Shown here in pieces: positions 11,926 to 24,291 of a stretch of 64,000 nt of DNA. Position 1 is the first letter of the stretch. Each line of letters begins with the position of its first letter. Origin of the DNA: Octopus sinensis (lineage: Eukaryota); contig NC_043000.1 in assembly GCF_006345805.1 (NCBI RefSeq), forward strand, positions 30,628,001-30,692,000, in the 5' to 3' direction. The translations under genes and the position numbers were made by a program. The notes under the pieces were generated by a model. It searched no databases, had not been told where the DNA came from, and worked only from the letters and a program-made list of their open reading frames with translations.

Positions 11926-12337
11926 GCGTAGGAGTGACTGTGAGGTAAGTAACTTGCTTACCAACCACATGGTTCCGGGTTCAGTCCCACTGCGTGGCAC
12001 CTTGGGCAAGTGTCTTCTACTATAGCCTCGGGCCGACCAAAGCCTTGTGAGTGGATTTGGTAGACGGAAACTGAAAGAAGCCTGTCGTATATATGTATAT
12101 ATATATGTATGTGTGTGTATATGTTTGTGTGTCTGTGTTTGTCCCCCTAACATCGCTTGACAACCGATGCTGGTGTGTTTACGTCCCTGTAACTTAGCGG
12201 TTCGGCAAAACAGACCGATAGAATAAGTACTAAGCTTACAAAGAATAAGTCCTGGGGTTGATTTCCTCGACTAAAGGCGGTGTTCCAGCACGGTCACAGT
12301 CACATGACTGAAACAAGTAAAAGAGTAAAAGAGTAAA
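11926..12337 (+). mobile_element. Full-length SINE family A (tRNA-like head, CORE-like domain, internal microsatellite, (AAAGAGT)n tail)
   Basis: ggcgtaggagtgactgtgaggtaag...ggttccgggttcagtcccactgcgtggcaccttgggcaagtgtcttc...gactgaaacaagtaaaagagtaaaagagtaaag. CCTTGGGCAAGT matches the CORE-SINE hallmark. Confidence 0.9.
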
Positions 12338-12339
12338 GA

Positions 12340-12678
<339 letters not shown>

Positions 12679-12729
12679 AAATGTTATGAAATTAAAACAA
12701 AACTACTACTAACAAAAATGTTTAGCCAG

Positions 12730-13030
12730 ATCACAAAAAGCGGAAGAGTGCCTGGAAGGTGCAATTTCTGCTTCGCAAACCCGGAGTTCCTGGTACAGTC
12801 GAACTTTGGGCTAGTGTCCTCTAGTTTAACCTTGGGCAATGTATCCCTACCACCACATGACAGCCGGTGTCGGTGATGTTTCTGTCGCTGTAACTTCGTG
12901 GATCGGCAAAAGATATCGTTAGAATAAGTATCGGGCTTTAAAAAATACTGGGGTGAATTCATTCGACAAAATTTTCTCAAGGCGGTCCCTTTGCATGGCC
13001 GCAGTCGAGTGACTAAAACAAGTAAAAAAA
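12730..13030 (+). mobile_element. Degenerate SINE family A
   Basis: accttgggcaatgtatccct...cggcaaaagatatcgttagaataagta...catggccgcagtcgagtgactaaaacaagtaaaa. Confidence 0.75.
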
Positions 13031-14803
13031 AAAAAAGGAAAGAAAAAGAATTAAACATTGCCGCGGACAGCGTGTTTGGTGCCTCTGTTTTAAATGTCAA
13101 TTAATAATTCCCGCGTTGGATATATTTAGCGTATGCCTTATTAATTAAAATCATATTTATAAATACCATGTATAACAGTGTAAAGATCAAATCAATCAGC
13201 ATCACATGATTCTATATTATATTCAGACAAAATATTACCATGGTTGATTCTTTGCATAATATTCCAGCAGCCTTCAGTAAGATTTCTATTTTAATTTCGG
13301 AGTGATTAGGGACGAAATGCGAAATTCATTATTAATTCAATAACGTTTATGCTGGATACTTTTGGTTTAACATTTAAATGATGAGAAAATTATAATAGCG
13401 TTTTTTCATCGTCCTAATTACGCTTCCTCTCCCTTTTCACCTCCTTCTTCTTTGATAAATCTTTTTTATATCATTAGTGAACCAATATTTCACTATAATA
13501 TGTCAAATATATTCCGAATTACTGAATTATATAAAGTGAAACCTAAATGATTTATGAAAATTTCATTACTGATTTGATCCAGGGTTCATCGCAAGTCGGA
13601 AACATGGCGGAAAATGAAAAGAAAAATAGATTTGATTAAAGAAAATAACAAATTACAAAAATAAAACTACATTCCACAATCCGCTCTGCCCCGCCCTATC
13701 TCGCCCATAATTTCTCTGTTCAGTGATTTTCAAAGCACCAATTATCTAGAGAGATGAATATCTTGACATACATAGATGTTCTTGTAGACATAGATACAGT
13801 TCAATATATATCTACAAAACAACAGTTCATAGACTCATACACACAAACATGTTTATTGAAATGTGAAGAATGTCTATCATTACACACACACACACACACA
13901 CTAATTTCTGCTTTAACTTTTAGTCCAATACTGCATCTATTGGAATTCCTCCTCTTTTCCTCCTTCTCCGTCTCTTTCTGTTTCGCTTTCCATCTCTTTT
14001 TCCTTTGCCTACACACTGCAGTGTCACAAAATAGGTCTGCTAGTAAGGAGGAGATTTTATGCTCTCCTACCACTGACAACACTACCCCCCTCCCCACAAA
14101 AAAATTCTGGTTCCTTGGCAATTGTCAAGCTTTCTGTTTAATAGTTCTTTTAGCTTTCAATTGTCACTGGTGAATGTCGTGTGTTGGTCAAATAAATTTT
14201 CATCCATCAGACGAATCTCGGTAACTATGGAACTGACCGACCACAAGCATGCGCCAAGACAAAGCAATTTTGCAATGCATGGTCCTACTTAATTTATCAA
14301 TGTTATTCAGCCACCACTTCTTCTTATAGCAGAAGACACAGAGAAGAGCAGACCCGTCCAATTCGTTACTTCACCAGAAATGATACAGAAAATAACCCAA
14401 ATCACGGTGAATGGCGGCGCCCCAGCAAGGCCTTATCCTCTGGCTGAAACCAATAAAAGAATAAAACACTATATTTCTCCACCTAAGGCAGGCAGCTGGC
14501 AGAGCCCTTAGCGTCATTTTGTCCGTCTTCACGTTATGAGTTCGAATTCCGCTGAGGTCTACTTTTCCTTTTATCCTTTTATGGGTCGATAAAATAAGTA
14601 CCAGTTGAGCACTGAGGTTGATATAATCGACTCACCCACTCTCTAGTTATTGCTAGCCTTGTGCCAAATTGTGAAACCAATATTTTTCTCCTCCTATGTT
14701 CCCTAACTGAATGCTACATCACCTGTTGCTCTATATTCGGAATGGTTATGTGATAGTGTGTCTAGATTTTTCTAGATATATTTTCTATAGATTTTTCCAG
14801 ATA

Positions 14804-14973
14804 CAGTTCTATATTTAAGAGATGAGAAAATATGTACGTTATTTACATATGACAAATATTTGTCCTCATCTTGTTTCTTGTTAACACAACGTTTCGGCTG
14901 ATATACCCTCCAGCCTTCATCAGGTGTCTTGGGGAAATTTCGAACCTAGGTTCTCATTCCTAAGGTATTTTTC

Positions 14974-15027
<54 letters not shown>

Positions 15028-15262
15028 CAGGTCACTGCCTAGAATCGAACTCGGCATCTGAACCACTACGCCATATGCCCATGGGCATATGGCGTAGTGG
15101 TTAAGAATGAGAACCCACGGCGTTGTGGTTAGGAATGAGAACCCAGGTTCGAAATTTCCCCAAGGCACCTGATGAAGGCTGGAGAGTTTATCAGCTGCAA
15201 CGTTGTGATAACAACAAACAAGAAGAGGACAAATATCCGTCGAATGTAAGTAATGTAAATAA
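14804..15262. mobile_element. Head-to-head inverted dimer of the tRNA-head/hammerhead element (family H2) with an 11-bp TSD
   Basis: Minus copy 14804-15081 and plus copy 15083-15262 meet in a perfect 42-bp palindrome (15061-15102). TTTTCCAGATA flanks the pair at 14793-14803 and 15263-15273. Confidence 0.85.
14883..14928 (-). ncRNA. Minimal type I hammerhead ribozyme candidate (GUU site)
   Basis: Minus strand: gacac CTGATGA a ggctg gagggtatat cagcc GAAA C GT T gtgtt. Stem I gacac/gtgtt, 5-bp stem II, palindromic ACGT stem III, intact core with one extra A after A9. Confidence 0.75.
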
Positions 15263-15989
15263 TTTTCCAGATATGTTCGAATGCCCACAAGTAGCTGTAA
15301 ATAATGCGAACCGTCGTTGAATGCTTCTATATTAAAATAAAATTGTTTTTCATATCTGTATGTAGAGAAACATGCAGCACTTCAGACGGTGCATATGTTT
15401 TTCTGAGCTTGCCAGTGTATGCAATCATATGCATTATTTCCATTTGAACGTCATGTGCGTACATGTTGCTTAGCGACAGACTACTTAGTCCTACACAAGT
15501 GCGATAACATGTGGTTTAACGGTCGAAATTATTACAAGGTAGATCATCCTTTCTCCTTCTTAATAGTGGAAATGAATAAAAATTTGAATTTGAAAATGAA
15601 GGTTTATCGAGAATTTCTTTTTCGTCTTTTTTTTTGGTAGCATGTGATCATTTGTGTATAGACACATATTTATACTCGTGGATCTAAGTGTGTATATGCG
15701 CACATAGAGGCGTACATATGTCTGTATAAATGAGTGCATTTATCCGTTCCTGTGAAAATACTCAAAGAAATAAACAAGTACGATGGATTTCGAACTTGAG
15801 GTGTTACTTTGTGCGTATTATACACCTGCATACCCGTATAAGCACCCATATATCTCATGGATATAAAAATACTAATATATACAAAACAATGCAATCAATC
15901 ATACATGCATATTCATATAGCCATACTCACATGTATGTTTAGTTGTTTGTTCATGCATACATATGTGTGTATGTGCATATATATACATA

Positions 15990-16091
<102 letters not shown>

Positions 16092-16119
16092 CTCAAAACA
16101 CACACACACATATATATAT

Positions 16120-16318
16120 TCAAAATGTGACCGCGTGTGTACCGTTGGCGATTTTTTTCCTCCGTCTTCCCTTCTTTGGACCTTTCCTTTTCCTATGTTT
16201 CTGACGAAGAGCTCCGCTCGAAACGTTAAGCCCTCCTTCTTTCCTACTTTCCTGAGCGTCCAATAATACTATGCTTGTTCCACGTCCTCGCGTTGTATTT
16301 TCATGTTTAGATTAACTT

Positions 16319-16320
<2 letters not shown>
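16120..16320 (+). mobile_element. Short PLE-type terminal repeat (family H1) between microsatellites
   Basis: Homologous to 55000-55175 and related to 48600-48830; ends gattaact-(TA)n. Confidence 0.75.
16197..16231 (+). ncRNA. Minimal hammerhead ribozyme candidate (GUU site)
   Basis: gttt CTGACGA a gagc tcc gctc GAAA C GT T aagc. Stem I gttt/aagc, stem II gagc/gctc, ACGT palindrome. Confidence 0.7.
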
Positions 16321-16371
<51 letters not shown>

Positions 16372-16385
16372 TGTGTGTGTGTGTG

Positions 16386-16525
16386 TGGAGGCGCAATGAC
16401 CCAGTGGTTAGGGCAGTGGACTCGCGGTCGTAGGATCGCGGTTTCGATTCCCAGACCGGGCGTTGTGAGTGTTTATTGAGCGAAAACACCTAAAGCTCCA
16501 CGATGCTCCCGCAGGGATTCAAGAG
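16386..16525 (+). mobile_element. tRNA-derived SINE family C, 5' part
   Basis: ggaggcgcaatgacccagtggttagggcagtggactcgcggtcgtaggatcgcggtttcgattcccagaccggg with A-box and B-box-like motifs; second copy at 21838. Confidence 0.85.
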
Positions 16526-16699
16526 GAATCCCCTGCATTAGTAAGAGATATATATTTTACAACATTATGCATACGAGGGATTTCGAACTTGGGGTGTTAC
16601 ATGAAGCCGAAACGATTGTTATGCTAATAAATTCTAGTTACTCGCCCTCTTCCGCATAGACACACGCACATACGTATATATATATATATACATATATAT

Positions 16700-17085
16700 A
16701 GATGACTCCGTCGATCACGAATGATCATGGGTGCACCTAAGAGGTTCCCCGCCGGGGTACAAAGTCTGGGCGGAAATTGGGCTCACCGGCGAACGACAAC
16801 CTGGGGTTATATTTATGGAAGAGGCTGTAGTAGAAAACAGTAGTTACCCATGCATACGATCTTCTCTTCTCCATGCCACCGATGTTATGCAAGGGAAAGG
16901 AAAAAGGGGCCGATACAGCTTGGCATCAGTGACGTCGTAACTCATTTCTACAACTGAGTGAACTGGAGCAACGTGAAATAAAGTGTCTTGCTCATGAACG
17001 CAACACGTAGCCCGGTCCGGGAATCGAACTCACAACCTCACGACCGTAAGCTCGACTCTCTAACTACTAAGCCATGCGTCTTCCC
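16700..17085 (-). mobile_element. tRNA-derived SINE family D, near full length
   Basis: Minus head gggaagacgcatggcttagtagttagagagtcgagcttacggtcgtgaggttgtgagttcgattcccggaccggg, then gagcaagacactttatttcacgttgctccagttcactcag. Related pieces at 24950-25100 (-) and 36700-36940 (+). Confidence 0.85.
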
Positions 17086-17094
17086 TACACACAG

Positions 17095-17137
<43 letters not shown>

Positions 17138-17149
17138 CATATAAATAAA

Positions 17150-17365
17150 ATATTCTTTTACTTGTTTCAGCCATCTGACTGCGGCCATGCTGGAGAACCT
17201 ACTTTGGTGGAACAAATCGGCTCGGGGACTTACTTTTTGTAAGCCTAGTACTTATTCTATTGATTTCTTTTGCGGAACTGCTAAGTTACAAGGACGTAAA
17301 CACACCAACATCGGTTGTCAAGTGATGGTGAGGAGACAAACATAGACACAAACAACAAACACACA

Positions 17366-17420
<55 letters not shown>

Positions 17421-17580
17421 GACAGGCTTCTTTCAGTTTCTGTCTACCAAATCCACTCACAAGGCTTTGGTCGGCCCGAGGCTATAGCAGACAACACTTG
17501 CCCAAGGTGTCACGCAGTGGGGATGAACTCAGATCCATGTGGTTGGGAAGCAAACTTCCTACTGCACAGCCACTCCCATA
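17150..17580 (-). mobile_element. SINE family A, near full length
   Basis: Reverse complement of the 11.9-kb copy (cacttgcccaaggtg, ttcagtttctgtctaccaaatccactcacaaggctttggtcggcccgaggctatag). Confidence 0.9.
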
Positions 17581-17617
17581 CATACACACACATGCATAAA
17601 TATAAATATATGTGCGT

Positions 17618-17675
<58 letters not shown>

Positions 17676-18471
17676 AAAACGCCTCTACAGAATTTCTTCG
17701 TAGGTATCAAACCACATTTAACTCAATAGTAGAAGACTAACGCAGAAACCACTCATCCGATGACCTGCGGAGGCAATTTCAGTCAGAAACGATGTGATTT
17801 AAAAGCTAACTTATAAATCGCCCAACTATGTTTGCGCGCATAGTATATTGAACCCATTTTCACTCTGTTCAGTGATGTAATTTATTACACATTAAAATAT
17901 AATATTTAATATTACGGTGGATCCCTATTATCAGATTTTGTGGTTGAATCTAAGGCAGAGGAGATAAATAAATTTCAGTGAGTCACCAGGTAAGGTTATA
18001 GGAAATCTTCTCCAAACAAGACGTGATTGGTCGTTTCAACATGTCAGTTTTTCCGTTAACTTTATATCTAAACAGCATTAGCTGTTGTAATGCAACATAA
18101 GGTGTGGTAATCCGGACATAAATCTGAAATATTCTAATCGAAGAGGATTATGAAAACTTTGACTGTGAGCATTTACACGTTTTCACGTAATAAGTTCTAT
18201 TAGAGCTGATTGAAAGGAGAATGGGTGTTAAGTAACTGAACATACGCACATTCTCAAAATTGTCCTTATCACAAACCGTCAGCGACTGTTTATACCGTTA
18301 GCTACAAAAATCCATTGTGGCCATTACAGAAAGATAGATTATATATTTTCTTTCATTTTCCTGCGTATATGATTCACTCCATACTCTAAACTTCTAAACT
18401 GAAATTAGCTTGTTACTTTGGAGCATTATCGATTCAGGGAGCTAAATATTTGATGTCATAAAATTAGTGCT

Positions 18472-18752
18472 GTTCTCTATTTAAGAGATGAAGAATTATT
18501 TACATTATTTACATTTGACGGATATTTGTCCACATCTTCTTTGTTGTTAACACGTTTCAGCAGTTATATACCCTCCAGCTTTCATCGGGTGTCTTCGGGA
18601 AATTTCGAACTTGGATTCTCATTCCTAAGATATTTTTCGATGTTCTTCTCCTTCTTCTTCTTCTTATTATTATTATTTAGGTCAATGCTTGGAGTCGAAA
18701 TCAGAATCTTTGGTTTAGTAGCCCGCGCTCTTAACCACTACGCCATATGAGC
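18472..18752 (-). mobile_element. Family H2 element: complete tRNA-like head + (AAT)n + hammerhead-bearing PLE-type tail (core degenerate here)
   Basis: Minus: atatggcgtagtggttaagagcgcgggctactaaaccaaagattctgatttcgactccaagc...aataataat...cttaggaatgagaatccaagttcgaaatttcccgaagacacCCGATGAaagctggagggtatataactgctGAAACgtgttaac...catctcttaaatagagaac. Confidence 0.85.
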
Positions 18753-18809
18753 ATATTGCTAAATTACAAAATAATAAAGTATCCCTTCATTCTCAATAAA
18801 GGTATTTAT

Positions 18810-19030
18810 CTTTAATTTGTTTCAGGCATTCGACTATGGACAAGTGGCGGTGGGTAAAAACAAACACATTAATCCATATATATGTGTGTGTGTGTATTCT
18901 TTTATTATTTTATTTGTTTCAGTCACTTTGACTGCGGTCATGCTGTAGCACCGCATTTAGTCTAACGAATCGATCCCAGGGCTTATACTTTGTAAGCCTA
19001 GTACTTATTCTATCTCTTTTGCCGAACCGT
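18810..19030 (-). mobile_element. SINE family A 3' half
   Basis: ttttatttgtttcagtcactttgactgcggtcatgctgtagcaccgc...ctagtacttattctatctcttttgccgaaccg. Confidence 0.8.
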
Positions 19031-19077
19031 GTATGTGTGTGCGTGTGTGTGTGTGTGTGTGTCTGTGTGTAAATATA

Positions 19078-19114
<37 letters not shown>

Positions 19115-19329
19115 CATACAATTCAGGATGTATCAGAGATGAAAATATATTTATTTATAAACGATGTTCTGGTCCTTTCCTGACCTAACATTCTTTATTT
19201 GTATTGTTTGTGAATATAGAATTCTATCGTATAATGCCGAGAATATACTGGATTGAAGAATAATTCGAGACAGTTTTTTTTTTTTTTCAAATTTAAAAGT
19301 GCACGCAGAAATAAAACGCCGTTGGTTTC

Positions 19330-19750
19330 GCGCTACAAAAATGGGAATTTGGACCTCAAGGATGGATCATACACCGGTCGACCAATTTGAGTTCGTTGAA
19401 CCTTGCCCATTGAGTGAAGGTGGTTCACCAAATTTTTTTTTAACATAATCCATATGTTCCGCCAATTTTCAGATCGTTTGGCGTGGAATTTCCAGAAGAA
19501 GTTGATTCAATCGCTTTTCATCGAACTCAGTTGGTCGACCGGTCCTTGAGACAAAAATTCCCATTTTTGACGCGTGAAAACCAACTGCGGGCGGTACTTT
19601 CAGCCATTGCTCCTTCTCCACATTCAGTACAAATCTCACGAGCAGGACTGAACAGAAAGAACTCAAGGAGAAAAAGTTAGACGAAAGCAGAGCAAATGGA
19701 AAACGAGACGAAAACTTAATGGACGGGAAGTTAAGGGAAATACATGACAC
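19330..19750 (-). pseudogene. Mariner transposase N-terminal (HTH) remnant
   Basis: Minus frame ...SRTGRPTEFDEKRLNQLLLEIPRQTI*KLAEHM, matching the mariner RSGRP.EFD...L..LL.E..RQT.RELA pattern. Confidence 0.7.
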
Positions 19751-19929
19751 ACGGAATATTCACAGCTAACCTTGACAATCGCTGTATATTCAGTCGTCCA
19801 CTTATTTTACACACAGCCGGCTCATAAATCTGTGTTCACTTTAGTAAATACGTATTTGTCTTCAAACAGGTTTTGTACACAGTAGCGATTTCACTGACCC
19901 AATCTTAGTGCTTTACTATTTCAGGATCT

Positions 19930-19954
19930 GAATATATATATATATGTATGTATG

Positions 19955-20038
<84 letters not shown>

Positions 20039-20070
20039 ATATATACAGAGAGAGAGAGAGAGAGAGAGAT
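19930..20070. repeat. (TA)n/(GA)n microsatellite
   Basis: Directly visible. Confidence 0.97.
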
Positions 20071-21002
20071 ATGCACAGTACGGGCTTCCACACAATTTCC
20101 ATCTTCCACATTCCATCACAAACCATGGTTCGTCCAGGTAGTATAGCAGACGATATTAGCCCAAGGTACCGTGCAGTGTGACTGAATCGTAGACCGCATA
20201 TATGCCAATCAATCGTCTTTACACACCTAAAAGTCTTTGAACAAGGAAGATCTTTATTGTAGCTGTAAAATATATTTGAGTTTAAAACCGCCAAAATAAA
20301 TACGGTGTGTGAAATTTGACAAGCAAATTAAGCGTACGTTGAAATAGCTAAATATCACCAACTTCTACAGAGTGAAGATAACTTTCTCTTTTGTCAGGAA
20401 AGTATGATTGAAGGCGCCAATAATGTAAAAAAAATATACAGTTTTAGAACCGTATGATTCAATAAGCACCAATGACGGAATAGCATCTTGCTTTCAAGTA
20501 TTATAGTTGAATTATAAAGAGAAAAGAGCGACAAAAGTCATAAATTTAACATATTTTACACATTCTTCATGATTCCACTTTATTAAATCCAGCATATTGA
20601 ATATAATAGATTACTTCTTTCCTTCAACAATGCCGTGTCTTCTTCCAATACTTGTCTTTCAGAAGATACTGTGTAGTGAAATTGCTTCGCTTTATCTTAT
20701 TTCTTGATATCTTTTATGAAAGTTACTCCACGTCACGTTTCAAGACACGCACAGTTTTCTCTATTCAATCATAACCATCATTTCTGTTAATTTCTGTTAA
20801 ACTAATAATTACAACACACTCTCTTTATCACCTATGATGGACGCCAACTTACGTTGATGCCTCCAACGCTACTTCTTCGCCGTTCCTATTTGTCGTGCAT
20901 ATTGTTGTCACGCCAACCGTAAACAGAATCCACGAAGACCGTCACGAATGTTACATGACAACTTCTGTTAGTTCCACAATCTTTGTTCAACTAATAATTA
21001 GT

Positions 21003-21225
21003 TTAACCCCTTATCACTTAAGCCGCACATACGCGGCCCAAATATTCTGTTTTATGTTCGAACTGGTTAGCTCTAACCTCTCACACATATCCTACAACGC
21101 CATTCTAAATAGAAGAAATATTGTCATCAAAATCTCGAAGTTACAAGATAATGCATGATTATTTCCAAACAAAGTGAATAAAAATCATTTCATTTGACAG
21201 AGTAATCTGAATAATAAAGGGCTAA
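21003..21225. mobile_element. Non-autonomous piggyBac-like MITE (TTAA CCC...GGG TTAA ends)
   Basis: Begins ttaacccctta and ends aaagggctaa; the internal sequence matches my recollection of an abundant octopus MITE. Confidence 0.7.
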
Positions 21226-21837
21226 AATTAAATAAATGCCAGAGGGAAGGTTCTCTTGAGCTCTACAAATCCAGTTGACGATTCCTCGTTTGACAAATCG
21301 TTGATTTATGACTGCAGTGAAATCCTTAGCAGTGCAGGGTTACAGACCTGTCAGTTCTGGTATTCAAGAGTAATCGAAGTTACTTGGTATGGGATTTCGG
21401 AAGTACGACAGGCCGAATGTGAATAGGTGCAGGAGGTACTCAAAAGAATACGTTTTCATATAAAATTGCATGACTGCTCAAGAAAAATTAGAGCATCGGT
21501 AACAGGAAGGACATCAAGCCATAACACATCTGTTTCATTGACTTCTGTCCAACCCATAACTCATTGGAAAAGTGAACATTAACCCCATAACATCAGTTGA
21601 CGTAAATTTACGTGATGCCGTGTACTTGCTTTCAATCACAATATTCGCAGCCCTATCTGCTGCGGTTTTGTACCTCCTTGTATACCGGTTGATACAAATA
21701 TCCGCTACCACTAATGGAATCGATAATAGAGGCCACTGTGCAAATTTCAAGGAATCTGAGAGGATTGTTAGACTCTTCGTGTAAATATTTCCAACTCAGT
21801 TCGAGACTTCGTCACTATAATAGTATAACAGCAGCAG

Positions 21838-22035
21838 TGGTGGATGCGCAATGGTCCAGTGGTTAGGGCAGCGAACTCGCGGTCGTAAGAATGCGGTTTC
21901 GATTCCCAGACCGGGCATTGTGAGTGTTTATTGAGCAAAAACTCCTAAGCTCCACTAGTCTCCGGTGGGGTGGGGGGCGTGAGCCCCGCTGTACTCTTTC
22001 ACCACAACTTTCTCTCACTCTTTCTTCCTATTTCT
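21838..22035 (+). mobile_element. SINE family C
   Basis: ggatgcgcaatggtccagtggttagggcagcgaactcgcggtcgtaagaatgcggtttcgattcccagaccggg...; homologous to 16386. Confidence 0.85.
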
Positions 22036-22320
22036 ACCACACAGCAGAGGAATCATGGTGTAACCCAATATGATGTGGTAAACTTTCAGACCCTAATCTA
22101 GATTGCGAATCCTCTGTACCCCAGGATGGTTCAGCTCTCCACCTGTTAAAAGCCACCGTTTACGGAATGAGGTCAACAACGTAGCTTTCGCGCCCGTGCA
22201 ACCGCCAGTCTATCGCGTGTGGTGGGTGGATCTTCAAGTTGCCACACGCATTCTTAGTAGCTTAGAGTAGGCTCGAATTAGAGATTATTCTTTGTGGCTA
22301 ATGGCGTGAGTCCTGATTGG

Positions 22321-22390
22321 AAGAAGAAGAAGAAGAAGAAGAAGAAGAAGAAGAAGAAGAAGAAGAAGAAGAAGAAGAAGAAGAAGAAGA
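22321..22390 (+). repeat. Pure (AAG)n tract, ~23 units
   Basis: Directly visible; may be the tail of a retroelement 3' end at ~22040-22320. Confidence 0.98.
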
Positions 22391-22856
22391 GTAGCAGTTT
22401 TGGCGGTTACCCTACCATTTCCACTATGACTTCCTATCAAATACGGAACTTAATGTCGCATCCAGCCATCCCAGTTTCGTTGAATTTCCAGTCCTCGCAG
22501 TGATAACAGTTCACATAAATAAACAGTGCATGCTTGAAAGCAGTTGACATAGATATACACCGAACTGTTGTCGTGAGCTAATTGCCGATATAGCTAATTG
22601 CCTGATAAAAACAAAACCGTTGTCATGGGGTCAATGTAGATATTCCCGGCGTCTTGAGACGTTTTTAATATCAAAGGGAATTTGAGAGCTACAAAACTTT
22701 TACAGTTTGCATTTCTTACATTAAGAATGAATTTCAGAAAAGTTTGTAAGAATTATCACCACAATCTATGTCTGGTATGCTAATTAATTTTCTTAGAGCA
22801 TCAATTCTAAGCCAACGCAGTTTGTTACGGATGCAGTCTAATGAAGAGGTAATATC

Positions 22857-22927
<71 letters not shown>

Positions 22928-24237
22928 AAATAAGACGCATATATAGACGTTTGACTATTCTCTAGAGTATATAAAGCAATAAACTTATTTTAAAGTAAGT
23001 TTATCAATATAAATTTGGTGTATAATTAATTCGTGTGTTGTATAGTGAATATACGATAAGTAATAAAATAATTGCAATCGGAAACCAGCGAGGAAAACGC
23101 AGCAATATTAAATAGAACGGCAAGTACATATTTAATATTATGGCTTTGATAAACTCTAATTATAAAACAATATCTAATGTACTTGAATGTTTATCACTGT
23201 CAGCAGTCTCCCCTGCTTAAATTTCTATAACAACGATGGAATCAAATTATAGATTTAGTCGTAAAACAATGCACATCTTTAAGTTATCTAGAATATTTGT
23301 AGCTGCTTGGTTTCTTCGGTGTTGTTATTAATCAGATGTCTCCCTCTGCCCCGTGTAATTAAACATGCTGGTATATAATAGGAATAATGTTTTTGTTGAC
23401 AGGAGCGGCTCAAAACAGCAGATAACGTTCTACTGAACTTTTCCTTGACAGCTTATTGGTTACTCATCACCAATAACAATTGACTTTGTGTGCCACCAGG
23501 GGTAGAAATTCAACTTGTGAACATAATTTGCTGCCAAAAGTATAAATGAAAATGATAACGGAGTTCGAATCCAAATCACTTTGTCTTCTCATCTCTTTCG
23601 TTTTAGTCTCAAAGGTAATTAATTATTCATGCTAATCGAATAGGTTGGAAGGTGTTACACACTATGAATCTTCATTTAAGAACTTGGACTTTAGATTATG
23701 ATTTATGATTAAAGCACTTGGTCTTTATCAATGATTTGTCAATTTCTACAATAGCAGATCAAAAATGCTAAAGGTACGTAGGAATGGATGAAAATATTTA
23801 CTATGAAAGAAACCCAATCAAGCAAATGTAAAAAGAGAATATACAATGGTGATAAGGAAAATAAAGATCTTACAGTTGTCCACACGTGATGTATAAATAA
23901 CTCCCAGTGCGTTTGGTATACCAGTGTTCATAGTAATATAAGGGCAGCTAGATTGGATGTTCGAAGGCATTCGAAAGTTATAAACTCATGCTAGATATTT
24001 CCACAAGAGCCATGGGAATTATCTCTGCATAAAACGAAAACAAGACGGCAGTTGTTTAGCATCGATCCAAAGACACGTCCAGTTATATCTCTTCAACATC
24101 TAAATAGCAAACAGCCGAGTCCAGTCATAGATCAAGTCTGTGTACGCAAGGCAGATTTTACACTATAACATTTGGAAAAAAGCTACGCTGAAAGTATTCC
24201 CCAAATGATGAACAGGACATTTTCACAACTCTGTATC

Positions 24238-24291
<54 letters not shown>

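Noticed and set aside
16386-16470. Genuine tRNA gene (also 21838, 15083, 18680)
   Set aside because: A/B boxes are present but I could not form an acceptor stem or cloverleaf, and each continues into a repeat body, so these are SINE heads.
22294-22503. Poly-lysine ORF
   Set aside because: Translation of the (AAG)n tract; no other coding signal.
23380-23460. Two acceptor-like motifs (tttttgttgacag, cttttccttgacag)
   Set aside because: No matching donor or open frame that I could support; such motifs are common in AT-rich DNA.
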